Shown: one piece after another, positions 1 to 8,366 of the stretch
Layout: each line of letters begins with the position of its first letter
Numbering within the stretch: position 1 is the stretch's first letter
Source: an uncultured Gammaproteobacteria bacterium
GTDB lineage: Bacteria; Pseudomonadota; Gammaproteobacteria; Xanthomonadales; Xanthomonadaceae
Length of the DNA: 64,000 bases
NCBI GenBank assembly: GCA_964640525.1
Contig: CAZXGS010000008.1
Location: forward strand, 7,174-71,173
Direction of reading: 5' to 3'
Notes under the pieces: model-generated
What the model saw: the letters and a program-made list of their open reading frames with translations, nothing else
The model's database searches: none
What the model was told of the DNA's origin: nothing
Program-made: the position numbers and the translations under genes

Positions 1-1128
1 TTCGTCCAGGCGCGCGGCCAGCAGCACCGGCAATGCGGATTCGTCCAGTTGCACGCCCGACCAGTACGGGCGGCCGTCGGCGTAGAAGTTCTGCAGCCAG
101 TGGCCGTCGGGCTGCTGGGTGGCGATCAGGTAGGACAGCAGCGCGCGCGCTTCCTCGTGGTGGCCGCAGGCGAGCATCGCGAAACCCGACTCCACCGCAT
201 CGCGCGGCCACACCAGGTGGTAGCCGCCGGGGTCGTCGCGGGTATTGCCCCAGGGCACGCTCAGGCTGGCCACCATCGCGCCGGGGAAGTTGCGGTCGTT
301 GTGGGTTTTGAGCACCACCGCGGCGCGCCGCACCGCCGCCGCCAGCGCCGGCGCGAAGCCGTCGCAGCACACCGGCGCGGCCCAGCGCTGCCAGCCTTCG
401 ACGAAGGCCGCGTGGGCGGCATCGAATCCACTGGCCAGCGAACACAGCGCCAGCGTGCGCGCACCTTCGAGGATGTCGCCGAAACCGAGCGCGAGGACGC
501 CCTGGGGATCAGCCAGCTCGCCGATCAAGGCGACGTTGCCGTTGGCGGCGGTGTCGTGGTTCCAGCGCATCGCGCCGTGCTGTTTGAAATCCTGCCAGCC
601 GTCGGAGACGCCGACGAAACCGGCGCTGGCGCGGCTGAAGCCGCAATCAGCGGCCAGCAGCAAGGCCGCGTCGGCGGTCACCGCCGCCAAGCCTTGCGGC
701 AGCACCTGCGCGGTATTGCCGTGTCCGGAGGATTCCAGGTGCGGGGCCAGCAGCGCGTACAGCTTCAGGCCCTTGCCTTGCAGGCGGTAGCGGATCAGCA
801 CCACGTCGCGCAGCGGGTCGGCCAGCACGGTCAGCTCCAGCCGGTAGCGGTCGTGGCGATGGACGACGGTCGGCAGCGGCAGGTCGGGCGCGGGCGTGGA
901 CAGCTCGTACTGGCCGATCCGCTTGACCTCGGCCCAGAAGCCGTCGCCGGCGACGATGAAGCCGAGATCGCGGATCTGCGGGGTGCTGCACGAAGGCCAG
1001 TAGACCTCGTCGAGGATGCCGTGGCCGAGGGTGTACCAGACCCGCCCCGGGCCCAGCGCGGTACCGACCAGATCCTTGTCGCTGCTGGTCCAGGTGGGTT
1101 CCAGGCCGGGCCAGCCGGGGGCGTTCAT
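1..1128 (-). CDS. glucoamylase (glucan 1,4-alpha-glucosidase), GH15 family; N-terminal 376 codons, C-terminus lies beyond the window start
   Basis: Absent from the ORF track because it runs off the window edge. My own minus-strand translation from the ATG at 1128-1126 gives MNAPGWPGLEPTWTSSDKDLVGTALGPGRVWYTLGHGILDEVYWPSCSTPQIRDLGFIV...GFVGVSDGWQDFKQHG...GGYHLVWPRDAVESG. The stretch 541-1128 was translated codon by codon with no stop; the rest down to base 1 was read through without noticing one. These motifs are typical of bacterial GH15 enzymes. Confidence 0.8.
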   Translation of the reverse strand, partial: MNAPGWPGLEPTWTSSDKDLVGTALGPGRVWYTLGHGILDEVYWPSCSTPQIRDLGFIVAGDGFWAEVKRIGQYELSTPAPDLPLPTVVHRHDRYRLELTVLADPLRDVVLIRYRLQGKGLKLYALLAPHLESSGHGNTAQVLPQGLAAVTADAALLLAADCGFSRASAGFVGVSDGWQDFKQHGAMRWNHDTAANGNVALIGELADPQGVLALGFGDILEGARTLALCSLASGFDAAHAAFVEGWQRWAAPVCCDGFAPALAAAVRRAAVVLKTHNDRNFPGAMVASLSVPWGNTRDDPGGYHLVWPRDAVESGFAMLACGHHEEARALLSYLIATQQPDGHWLQNFYADGRPYWSGVQLDESALPVLLAARLDE

Positions 1129-1185
1129 GCAGACGGCTCCTGTCCATGGCGAGGGAGAATGTTTCAATTCGACTCGCGGTGCGTT

Positions 1186-1228
1186 CCCTCATCCGCCCTG
1201 CGGGCACCTTCTCCCGGAGGGAGAAGGA
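1186..1228. repeat. REP-like palindromic intergenic element, family B (ccctcatccg...ccttctccc-gg-agggagaagg)
   Basis: Hairpin arms ccttctccc/gggagaagg. Related copies at 12774-12818, 45858-45905 and 63616-63661, all intergenic. Confidence 0.7.
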
Positions 1229-1296
1229 AGAGCAACTGTCCGGCGTGTGGGAAGCGGCTCGATCCTTGCCGGCGCAGCTAGACGATTTTTCGTTGT

Positions 1297-2337
1297 TCAG
1301 CCGCCCGCCGGTTTTTCGTGGTGGCCGCCGAAGGCGTGGCGCATCGCCGACATCACCTGGTTGGCGAACAGGTCGTTGCCGCGCGAGCCGAAGCGGCCGA
1401 ACAGCGCCGCCGTCAACACCGGCGCCGGCACGCCTTCCTCGATCGCCGCCAGCGCGGTCCAGCGGCCTTCGCCGGAGTCGGAGACGCGGCCGGCGTAGTT
1501 CTTCAGGGTCGGGTCGGCGGCCATCTCGATCGCGGTCAGATCCAGCAGCCACGATCCGATGACACTGCCGCGCCGCCATAGTTCCACCACGTCGTGGAGC
1601 GGGAACTCGTACCGGTAGCGCTCGGGGTTTTCCAGCGGCGTGGTTTCGGCATCGGCCTCGCGTTGCTGCTTGCCGGCGTTGGCGCCGTGCAGGATGTTCA
1701 GGCCCTCGGCATACGCGGCCATCAACCCGTACTCGATGCCGTTGTGGACCATCTTGACGAAATGGCCGGCGCCATTTGGGCCGCAATACAGGTAGCCGCG
1801 CTCGGCGGGGCTCGGCTCGCCTTCGCGGCCGGGCGAACGCGGCGCGGCATCGACACCCGGCGCCAGCGCGGCGAATGCCGGCTCCAGATGCGCGAACGCG
1901 TCGGCGGGGCCGCCAATCATCTGGCAGTAACCGCGCTCGCGGCCCCACACGCCGCCGCTGACGCCCACATCGACGTAGGCGATCTGGCGCGCGGACAATT
2001 CTTTCGCGCGGCGCAGGTCCTCGACGTAATGCGAGTTGCCGCCGTCGATCAACATGTCGCCGGCGCCAAGCAAGGGCGCCAGTTGCGCGATCACCGCATC
2101 GACCACCGCGGTCGGCAGCATCAACCACACCGCACGCGGGCCGTGCAGCTTTTCCACCAGCCCTGGCAACGTGTCGGCCGCCTGCGCTCCTTCGGCCACC
2201 GCTGCGGCGCGCGCCTCGGCGCGGGTGTCGAAGGCCACGCAGTCGATCCCGGCCTGCTGCAAGCGCGCCACCATGTTCAGGCCCATCCGGCCCAGGCCCA
2301 CGAACCCCAATTGCAGCCGCTGCTTTGCCTCGCTCAT
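1297..2337 (-). CDS. gnd: 6-phosphogluconate dehydrogenase, decarboxylating, short (about 346 aa) YqeC/GntZ-like form
   Basis: Trimmed from track ORF 1297..3153 to the ATG at 2337. Motifs: Rossmann GFVGLGRMG, GGNSHY, VGVSGG, CGPNGAGHFVKMVHNGIEYG. ATGA overlap with the upstream glucokinase gene. Confidence 0.88.
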   Translation of the reverse strand: MSEAKQRLQLGFVGLGRMGLNMVARLQQAGIDCVAFDTRAEARAAAVAEGAQAADTLPGLVEKLHGPRAVWLMLPTAVVDAVIAQLAPLLGAGDMLIDGGNSHYVEDLRRAKELSARQIAYVDVGVSGGVWGRERGYCQMIGGPADAFAHLEPAFAALAPGVDAAPRSPGREGEPSPAERGYLYCGPNGAGHFVKMVHNGIEYGLMAAYAEGLNILHGANAGKQQREADAETTPLENPERYRYEFPLHDVVELWRRGSVIGSWLLDLTAIEMAADPTLKNYAGRVSDSGEGRWTALAAIEEGVPAPVLTAALFGRFGSRGNDLFANQVMSAMRHAFGGHHEKPAGG

Positions 2338-3020
2338 GCCTTGTCCTCCCAGAGTCGAAAACCGCCGAGGAAGGCATTGGCGTTGTCGCCGCGGCGCACG
2401 CCCTCGGGCAATTCGGTCAGATGGCGGACATTGCCGCCGCCGAGCACCACGTAATCCGGTTCCAGCGCCGCACGCAGCGCGGCGATTTCCGCGAGCACGT
2501 GGCGGTGCCATTTTTTCTCGTCTTTCTTGCGCGCCGCCTCGGACACGTAGTGCTCGTAGTCGTGCTTCCGGTACGGCAGGTGCGCCAGCTCCATCGGCTG
2601 AACGATGCCATCGACGACCATCGCCGAGCCCAGCCCGGTGCCCAGGCCGAGGAACAGCATGCGTCCGCCCTCGTAACTGCCGAGCGCCTGCATCGCGGCG
2701 TCGTTGATGAGTTTGACCGGGCAACCCAGGGCGCGTTCGAGGTCGAAGCCAACCCAGCCGGAGCCGAGGTTGGCCGGCTCGTGGAGGATCTTCCCGTGCA
2801 CCACCGGTGCCGGGAAACCGATGCTGACCGCATCGTAAGCCCAGCCGGCGAGCGGCTTGCGCAGCGCGTCGAGCATCTGCTGCGGGCCCATGTCCGGACC
2901 CGAATCGACTTTCACTTCCGCATCGTGGCCGCTGCGCATCGCCTTGACGTGGGTACCGCCCACGTCCAGCACCAGCACCCGGCGCGCCTTCGCCGCGGCG
3001 GCCTTGCGTGGCGCGCTCAT
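2334..3020 (-). CDS. ppgK: ROK-family glucokinase, polyphosphate/ATP glucokinase-like
   Basis: Track ORF 2334..3056. Motifs RRVLVLDVGGTHVK and LGLGTGLGSA, and the length, fit PpgK-type ROK kinases. Start placed at ATG 3020 (MSAPRK); the alternative is ATG 3056. Confidence 0.75.
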   Translation of the reverse strand: MSAPRKAAAAKARRVLVLDVGGTHVKAMRSGHDAEVKVDSGPDMGPQQMLDALRKPLAGWAYDAVSIGFPAPVVHGKILHEPANLGSGWVGFDLERALGCPVKLINDAAMQALGSYEGGRMLFLGLGTGLGSAMVVDGIVQPMELAHLPYRKHDYEHYVSEAARKKDEKKWHRHVLAEIAALRAALEPDYVVLGGGNVRHLTELPEGVRRGDNANAFLGGFRLWEDKA

Positions 3021-3157
3021 GCGCACATCTCCGCGCGCGCGCCGCAGTGCCTGCATCCGACCGCCATGCCACGCATCGCCCTGCTCCTCGTGCCTGCCGG
3101 AGCCTGCATTGTCCCAGACCCGGCGTTACGGCGCAGGCAGGCCGAACGCTCACACCA

Positions 3158-3559
3158 TCAAGGCGACTTGGCCTGCGCGGCCGCGAGCATCTCCGCCATC
3201 GCCTGTTGCACGACCTGGATCGCCTTGAACGGCCGCACCATGACCTTGAAATCCACGATCAACCCCGCCTCGTCCCACGCGATCAGATCCACGCCGTTGA
3301 CCTGGATGCCGTCGATCGAGGTTTCGAATTCGAGCGCGGCGTCGCGTTCGCCGACGACCTGCCGCACGTAACGAAAGCTGGTGTTGCCGAACACCTTGAA
3401 CGCCGCGCCGAGGTAGGCCGCGACCACCGCGCGGCCGGATTGCGGGGCATGCACCAGCGGCGAATGGAACACCGCATCTTCGGCCAGCAGCGCCGGCAGC
3501 GCGGCGGCATCGCGCGCCTGCGCGACGCGATGCCATGCCTCCAGCGGATGCGCGCTCAT
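3158..3559 (-). CDS. small NTF2/SnoaL-like fold protein (133 aa)
   Basis: C-terminal part of track ORF 3158..4027, starting at ATG 3559 (MSAHPLEAWHRV...). Coding-like composition and a 4-nt ATGA overlap with the upstream gene. Fold family assigned by eye only. Confidence 0.5.
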   Translation of the reverse strand: MSAHPLEAWHRVAQARDAAALPALLAEDAVFHSPLVHAPQSGRAVVAAYLGAAFKVFGNTSFRYVRQVVGERDAALEFETSIDGIQVNGVDLIAWDEAGLIVDFKVMVRPFKAIQVVQQAMAEMLAAAQAKSP

Positions 3560-4041
3560 GGCCCGCGGCGGAAACGGACCACCAGGATCTGCGAGCCGGC
3601 CGGCGAGGTGAAGTCCTTCGGCCGCACGCCCGGGCCGAGCTGATACGAAATGGTCAACTCGTTGCCGGACAGCAGGTACAACGCGGGCAGCGTCTTGTCG
3701 GCGTGCGGCCCGGTGTCGCCGTGGATGTCCATCCGTCCCGGGGTGCCGGAATACACCACCTGATAATCGCCACGGTCGCCGTCGAAGGCGTAGTGGTTGC
3801 CGTTCAATTGCAGGCTTTGGCCGTGGAAGTTCGCCAGCGGGTAATCCTGCCCGCCCAGTTGCGCACTCACCGGTGTCCATTGCCCGGCCAACTGCGCGGT
3901 CGGCGGCACGTCCGGCTCGACCGCGGCGAAACGGCGTGCCTGGGCGACGGGCAGGATCATCGCCACCGCGATGACGAACAGCAAGCCGGCACGGCCCGCG
4001 GAGTGACGTGAAGGATGTGCGGAGCAAGGGTGCAGGGTCAT
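3556..4041 (-). CDS. secreted hypothetical protein, TIGR03067-like lipocalin-type domain
   Basis: Track ORF 3556..4104 trimmed to ATG 4041. Signal-like LLFVIAVAMILPVAQA, followed by LNGNHYAFDGDRGDYQVVYSGTPGRMDIH...LYLLSGNELTISY. Confidence 0.45.
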   Translation of the reverse strand: MTLHPCSAHPSRHSAGRAGLLFVIAVAMILPVAQARRFAAVEPDVPPTAQLAGQWTPVSAQLGGQDYPLANFHGQSLQLNGNHYAFDGDRGDYQVVYSGTPGRMDIHGDTGPHADKTLPALYLLSGNELTISYQLGPGVRPKDFTSPAGSQILVVRFRRGP

Positions 4042-4127
4042 GGGCGTGGTTCTCCTGGCGCGCGGGAATGGGTGGGCCGGCACGCCCAGTGTAACGGCCT
4101 TCATCGCCGCATCACGGCGTGTTCACG

Positions 4128-4628
4128 GGAATGACCGAATCTTGCCGATCGCGAGCAAGCCGTACGCGGCTCACGGTCGCGGGCAGGGTTAAGGCCGCAG
4201 CCGCTCGTGGTTCGACAGGCTCACCACGAACGGGAAATTCGATAGGCCTGTCCTGAGCCTGGCGAAAGACTCGCCACGAACGGGGATGGCGAAAGGCCCG
4301 AATTCCGTTCATGGTGAGCAGGATCGGTCGAGAACGAAGTTCGAGCCGATCCGTGTCGAACCACTTGCGTGATGGGCCGAATCTTGCCGATCGCGGGCAA
4401 GGCGCACGCGGCGCGTGGTCGCGGGCAGGGTCATGGTCGCAGCCGCTCGTGGTTCGACAGGCCTGTCCTGAGCCTGGCGAAGGGCTCACCACGAACGGGA
4501 AATTCGACAGGCCTGTCCCGAGCATGGCGAAAGGCTTACCACGAACAGGGATGGCGACGGGCCTGTCCTGAGCTTGGCGAAGGGCCTGTCCTGGACCTGG
4601 CGAAAGACTCACCACGAACGGGAATCGC
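4128..4628. repeat. modular REP array A: about 110-bp head modules followed by tandem 50-bp units containing gtcctgagcctggcgaagggctcaccacgaacgg
   Basis: 50-bp periodicity (tcgacagg at 4454 and 4504, and the variant gcgacggg at 4554). Head module present twice (about 4128 and 4375). Same architecture at 10001-10560. The track ORFs here (4112..4615 and others) are translations of the repeat. Confidence 0.85.
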
Positions 4629-4630
4629 CA

Positions 4631-5863
4631 TCAATCCGTCCGCAACGCCGCGATCGGGTCCAGCGCTGCGGCCTGGCGTGCGGGATAGATGCCGAACGCC
4701 AATCCGATCGCGGCACACACCACCGCCGGCAGCAGGATCGGCAGCGGCGCCCAGGCCACCTTCCAGCCGGCGAAGCCGGCGATCGCCAGCGCCAGCGCCA
4801 CTCCGAACGCCAGTCCGAGCAGGGCGCCGGCGATGCAGATCACCGCCGACTCGCGCATGAACTGCGCGATCACGTCCTTGCGGCGGGCGCCCAGGGCGCG
4901 CATCAGGCCGATCTCGCGGCGCCGCTCCAGGACGTTGGCGAGCATGATGTTCATGATCCCGATGCCACCCACCAGCACGCTCACGAACGCGATCGCGGCC
5001 ATCACGATGCGGAAGATGTTCTGGGTCTTCTGGTGCTGGACGAACAACTGCTGCGGCACCACCAGGCTGTAGTCGGCGACCCCGGCGTGACGTTGATCGA
5101 GCAGGGCCGACAGCACCTTGGCGTCGGCGGCCATGTGCTGGGGCCCGGACAGGCGCAGGATGAAACGGTCGATCTGCGGCTCCAGCGGCTCGAAGCGGAA
5201 GCGCGCCAGCGCGGTGGACAGGGGCAGGAACACGCGGTTGGCGTCCAGTCCCAGTTGCACGCCCTCGAACTGGCTGCCGCCGAGGTCGCGGTCGGCCAGC
5301 ACGCCGACCACGGTCAACCAGACGTGATCGACCTTGATCGGCTTGCCGAGCGCATCCCCGTGCGGGAACAAGTCGTGCGCGGCCTGGTGGCCGAGCACCG
5401 CGACCGCAGCCATGCCCTCCTCGTCGGCGGCCGTCAGCACCCGCCCCTGCGCGGCGCGCAATGAGGACAGCGCGAAGTACGCCGGGGTCACGCCGCTGGC
5501 GCTGGCATTGCCGGAGGCGGCGTCGCTGAACACGCCCCAAGTCTTGATCTGCTTCTCCGCCGCACTGGCATCGGCGTCCGGCACCACCGCGCGGGCGGCC
5601 TGGGCGTCGGCAAGGCTCAGGCCGAGGCTGCGCTTGCGGGCCTCCTTCAGCGCTTGCTCGTCCTGAGCGACGCTCTGCACGATCAGGTTGTCCAGGCCCA
5701 GGCCCTGCACCAGACGCTCGGCCTCACGGCGGCCACCCTCGCCGACCGCCTGCATGGCGACGATCGCGCCGACCCCGAAGATCAGGCCGAGCAGGGTCAG
5801 GCCGGTGCGCAGCTTGCGTCGCGCCAGTTCGTCGATGGCCTCGCGCCAGGCTTGCGGAATCAT
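4631..5863 (-). CDS. ABC transporter permease, MacB/FtsX family with periplasmic domain
   Basis: 410 aa. N-terminal TM helix, a large periplasmic segment, then the C-terminal FtsX module (IMNIMLANVLERRREIGLMRALGARRKDV...). ATGA overlap with the upstream adaptor gene. Confidence 0.9.
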   Translation of the reverse strand: MIPQAWREAIDELARRKLRTGLTLLGLIFGVGAIVAMQAVGEGGRREAERLVQGLGLDNLIVQSVAQDEQALKEARKRSLGLSLADAQAARAVVPDADASAAEKQIKTWGVFSDAASGNASASGVTPAYFALSSLRAAQGRVLTAADEEGMAAVAVLGHQAAHDLFPHGDALGKPIKVDHVWLTVVGVLADRDLGGSQFEGVQLGLDANRVFLPLSTALARFRFEPLEPQIDRFILRLSGPQHMAADAKVLSALLDQRHAGVADYSLVVPQQLFVQHQKTQNIFRIVMAAIAFVSVLVGGIGIMNIMLANVLERRREIGLMRALGARRKDVIAQFMRESAVICIAGALLGLAFGVALALAIAGFAGWKVAWAPLPILLPAVVCAAIGLAFGIYPARQAAALDPIAALRTD

Positions 5864-7065
5864 GCGCCGGCCGCCTTTCCCGTCGGCAACAACAGCACGC
5901 GATCGCCAGGCGCAAGACCCTTCAGGATTTCGCTGCGGGCCACGCCGCGCGCGCCGACCACCACCGCGCGCCGTTGCCTGCGCCCGCCGGTCAGCACGTC
6001 CACGAAGTCATGGCCACCGGCGGCGATCAAGGCCAGGTTCGGCACCGTGATGCCGGCCTTGGCGCGGCGCAGCTCCACCTGCGCGGCGAAGCGCTGGCCT
6101 GGCGTCCAGCCATGGCGCGCGGCGGCGGCGGCCGGTACCAACGCCTTGAAGGCGACGTACTTGGCCGGGTTGTCTTGATCGCGCGCCTGCGCCGCATCGG
6201 CCACCCACGACACCCGGCTGGCGATCGCCTGTGCCGGGTGGCCTTCCGGATGCAGGCGGACGGCGTCGCCGACGTGCAGGCTCTGGGCATCGAGTTGCGG
6301 CAGGCTCAGCTCGACGTCGAGCTGGCTCACGTCCGGCAGCTTGGCGAAGTCCATGCCCGCCCAGAGGGTCGCGCCGATCTGCGGCTTCTGCCCGCTCCAG
6401 TCGGCCTGCAGCACGAACACGCCGGCGTGCGGCGCGGCCAGCTCGAGTGCGGCCAGGCTCTTGCGGTCCGTGTCGGCCTTGAGCGCGATGGTGGCGCGCT
6501 GGGCGTCCAGCACCGCCAGTTCGCTGGCACCGCGCGCGCCGGACTGGGCGCGCTTCCAGTCGAGGAAGGCTTGCTTGTGGTCGAGCAGGCGCTGGTCCTG
6601 GACGGCATCCATGACCTTGTCGCGCGCATACATCGTCAGCGGCGCGTGGGCGAACCGGCGGGCGATGCCCAGGTCCACGCCGACCTGCGCCAGGTCCACG
6701 TCCACCCGGCCCTCGGCGGTGGCCAAGTCCTGCCGCTTGCCGGCCTGGTTGAGCGCGTTGCGCTGCAGATCCAGGGCCGACTGGTCCAGCTCCAGCCGGG
6801 TCTGGGTGGCGGCAAAACGCGCCACTACCTGGCCTTTGCCCACCCGGCTGCCCTCCGGCAACATCCACACCAGCTGCCGCTTCGACCACTGCGGCCCGGG
6901 CACGTTCAGTGGCGTGGCCTGGACCGATTGCAGCTCGCCTTGCGCGCCGACCGTGAGCGCGATCGGCGCTGCGACGATCGTCTCGACGGGATGCTGTGCC
7001 TGCGGAGGACTGCACGCGCAAAGCGCGGCCAGACAGGCGATGGCGATGCCGAGGCGCCGCTTCAT
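5860..7065 (-). CDS. HlyD/MFP-family periplasmic adaptor, lipoprotein (adaptor 3 of 3)
   Basis: 401 aa. Lipobox LAALCAC, lipoyl-like GSRVGKGQVVARF, a long coiled-coil segment and C-terminal beta domains. ATGA overlaps on both sides. Confidence 0.8.
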   Translation of the reverse strand: MKRRLGIAIACLAALCACSPPQAQHPVETIVAAPIALTVGAQGELQSVQATPLNVPGPQWSKRQLVWMLPEGSRVGKGQVVARFAATQTRLELDQSALDLQRNALNQAGKRQDLATAEGRVDVDLAQVGVDLGIARRFAHAPLTMYARDKVMDAVQDQRLLDHKQAFLDWKRAQSGARGASELAVLDAQRATIALKADTDRKSLAALELAAPHAGVFVLQADWSGQKPQIGATLWAGMDFAKLPDVSQLDVELSLPQLDAQSLHVGDAVRLHPEGHPAQAIASRVSWVADAAQARDQDNPAKYVAFKALVPAAAAARHGWTPGQRFAAQVELRRAKAGITVPNLALIAAGGHDFVDVLTGGRRQRRAVVVGARGVARSEILKGLAPGDRVLLLPTGKAAGA

Positions 7066-8027
7066 CGCCGCACCTTCGTGGTGTCGATCGTCACGCTCAC
7101 CGGCTGGCCGGGACGCAGACTGGCGGTGCGGCCGCTGAGCGCGATCGTCACATCGACCACCGGCACCGGCTCGGACCGGCTCTTGCTGTGGACGACCTGG
7201 CCGATCGCAACCACGCGCCCGTCCAGACTGTTGCCCGTACCGCCGTCCACGCCCACCTGCACCGGCTCACCCAGCGCCAGCCGCGCCAGCTCGCGCTCGG
7301 CCACCCAGGCCCGGATCTGCAACGAAGAAAGGTCTGGAATCTGCGCCACCGCCTGACCGCGCCAGACCCGCGAACCGACGTCTATCTTGCCGCCGTTCCA
7401 GTCGTCGGCGTGGATCATCACCCCGCTGCGCGGGGCGGTCACGGTCAGCGCCGCGATCGAGGCCAGCAACGTGCCCACCTCGCCGCGCAATTGCCCGGCT
7501 TCGGCTTGCGCCAGGCGCAATTCCTCGCTGCGCTGGCGCGCCTGGAGCTGCTGGCGCTGCTGCTGCAGCGCGTATTTCGCGCGCGCCTGTTGCAGGCCGA
7601 TCACCAGCTTCTTGTAGGCGTTGCCGGCGATCAGATCCTTCGGCTCGGAGGCCTTGCGTTGCGCCTTTTCGAAGTCGGCGCGCGCCTGCTCGGTGTCCAG
7701 TGCGGACTGGCGCTCGCGCTCGGCCAGGTCCAGTTGCAGGCTGGCCAGCTCGGTCTGCTTTTCCTTGAGCTTGCTCTGCTTTTCGTTCAACCGGGTGGCG
7801 AGGTCGCCGGCGTCGAACGCCGCCACCACTTCACCCTTGCGGACGCTGGCGCCGTCGGCGGCGAGTTGGGTGAGGTTGAGCATCCACAGACCATCGACCG
7901 TTGGCGGCGCGATCGCCGCGCTGTCGCGGGCGACCACTTCGCCTTGCGCATGCACGGAATTCGAGGCGGGCGTGGCCGCAGCCAGCCCGAGGCCGGCAAG
8001 CAGGAGGCTGGCGATCGCAACCTTCAT
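7062..8027 (-). CDS. HlyD/MFP-family periplasmic adaptor (adaptor 2 of 3); conservative start
   Basis: Track ORF 7062..8438. The ATG at 8027 gives MKVAIASLLLAGLGLAAATPASNSVHAQ/GEVV..., a canonical signal peptide, followed by lipoyl-like GASVRKGEVVAAFD and a coiled coil. In-frame duplicate starts exist at 8168 and 8309 because of the 141-bp tandem repeat. Confidence 0.75.
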   Translation of the reverse strand: MKVAIASLLLAGLGLAAATPASNSVHAQGEVVARDSAAIAPPTVDGLWMLNLTQLAADGASVRKGEVVAAFDAGDLATRLNEKQSKLKEKQTELASLQLDLAERERQSALDTEQARADFEKAQRKASEPKDLIAGNAYKKLVIGLQQARAKYALQQQRQQLQARQRSEELRLAQAEAGQLRGEVGTLLASIAALTVTAPRSGVMIHADDWNGGKIDVGSRVWRGQAVAQIPDLSSLQIRAWVAERELARLALGEPVQVGVDGGTGNSLDGRVVAIGQVVHSKSRSEPVPVVDVTIALSGRTASLRPGQPVSVTIDTTKVRR

Positions 8028-8366
8028 GCGTGGCCCTTGCCGCCATCGGCAGGCGCGCTGCCGACCTCGACCCGCACGCTCATTTTGCGCATGCACGGCA
8101 TTCGCGGCGGGCGTGGCCGCGGCGAACCCGAGGCCGGCAAGCAGGAGGCTGGCGATCGCAACCTTCATGCGTGGCCCTTGCCGCCATCGGCAGGCGCGCT
8201 GCCGACCTCGACCCGCACGCTCATTTTGCGCATGCACGGCATTCGCGGCGGGCGTGGCCGCGGCGAACCCGAGGCCGGCAAGCAGGAGGCTGGCGATCGC
8301 AACCTTCATGCGTGGCCCTTGCCGCCATCGGCAGGCGCGCTGCCGACCTCGACCCGCACGCTCATT
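7944..8366. repeat. 3.0 x 141-bp perfect-phase tandem repeat spanning the junction between two adaptor genes
   Basis: Units 7944-8084, 8085-8225 and 8226-8366. Units 2 and 3 are identical by eye. Unit 1 differs at 5 positions, all between about 7958 and 7984. Each unit holds the last 19 codons plus stop of the upstream gene and the first 28 codons of the downstream gene. Confidence 0.9.

Noticed and set aside
4112-4615. Track ORFs across the REP arrays (4112..4615, 4311..4571, 4369..4860, 10073..10393, 10123..10359, 10239..10484, 10270..10563)
   Set aside because: Their sequences are just translations of the 50-bp repeat units (VSPSPGSGQACRTTSG and similar, reiterated). The same peptides appear in several frames and on both strands.
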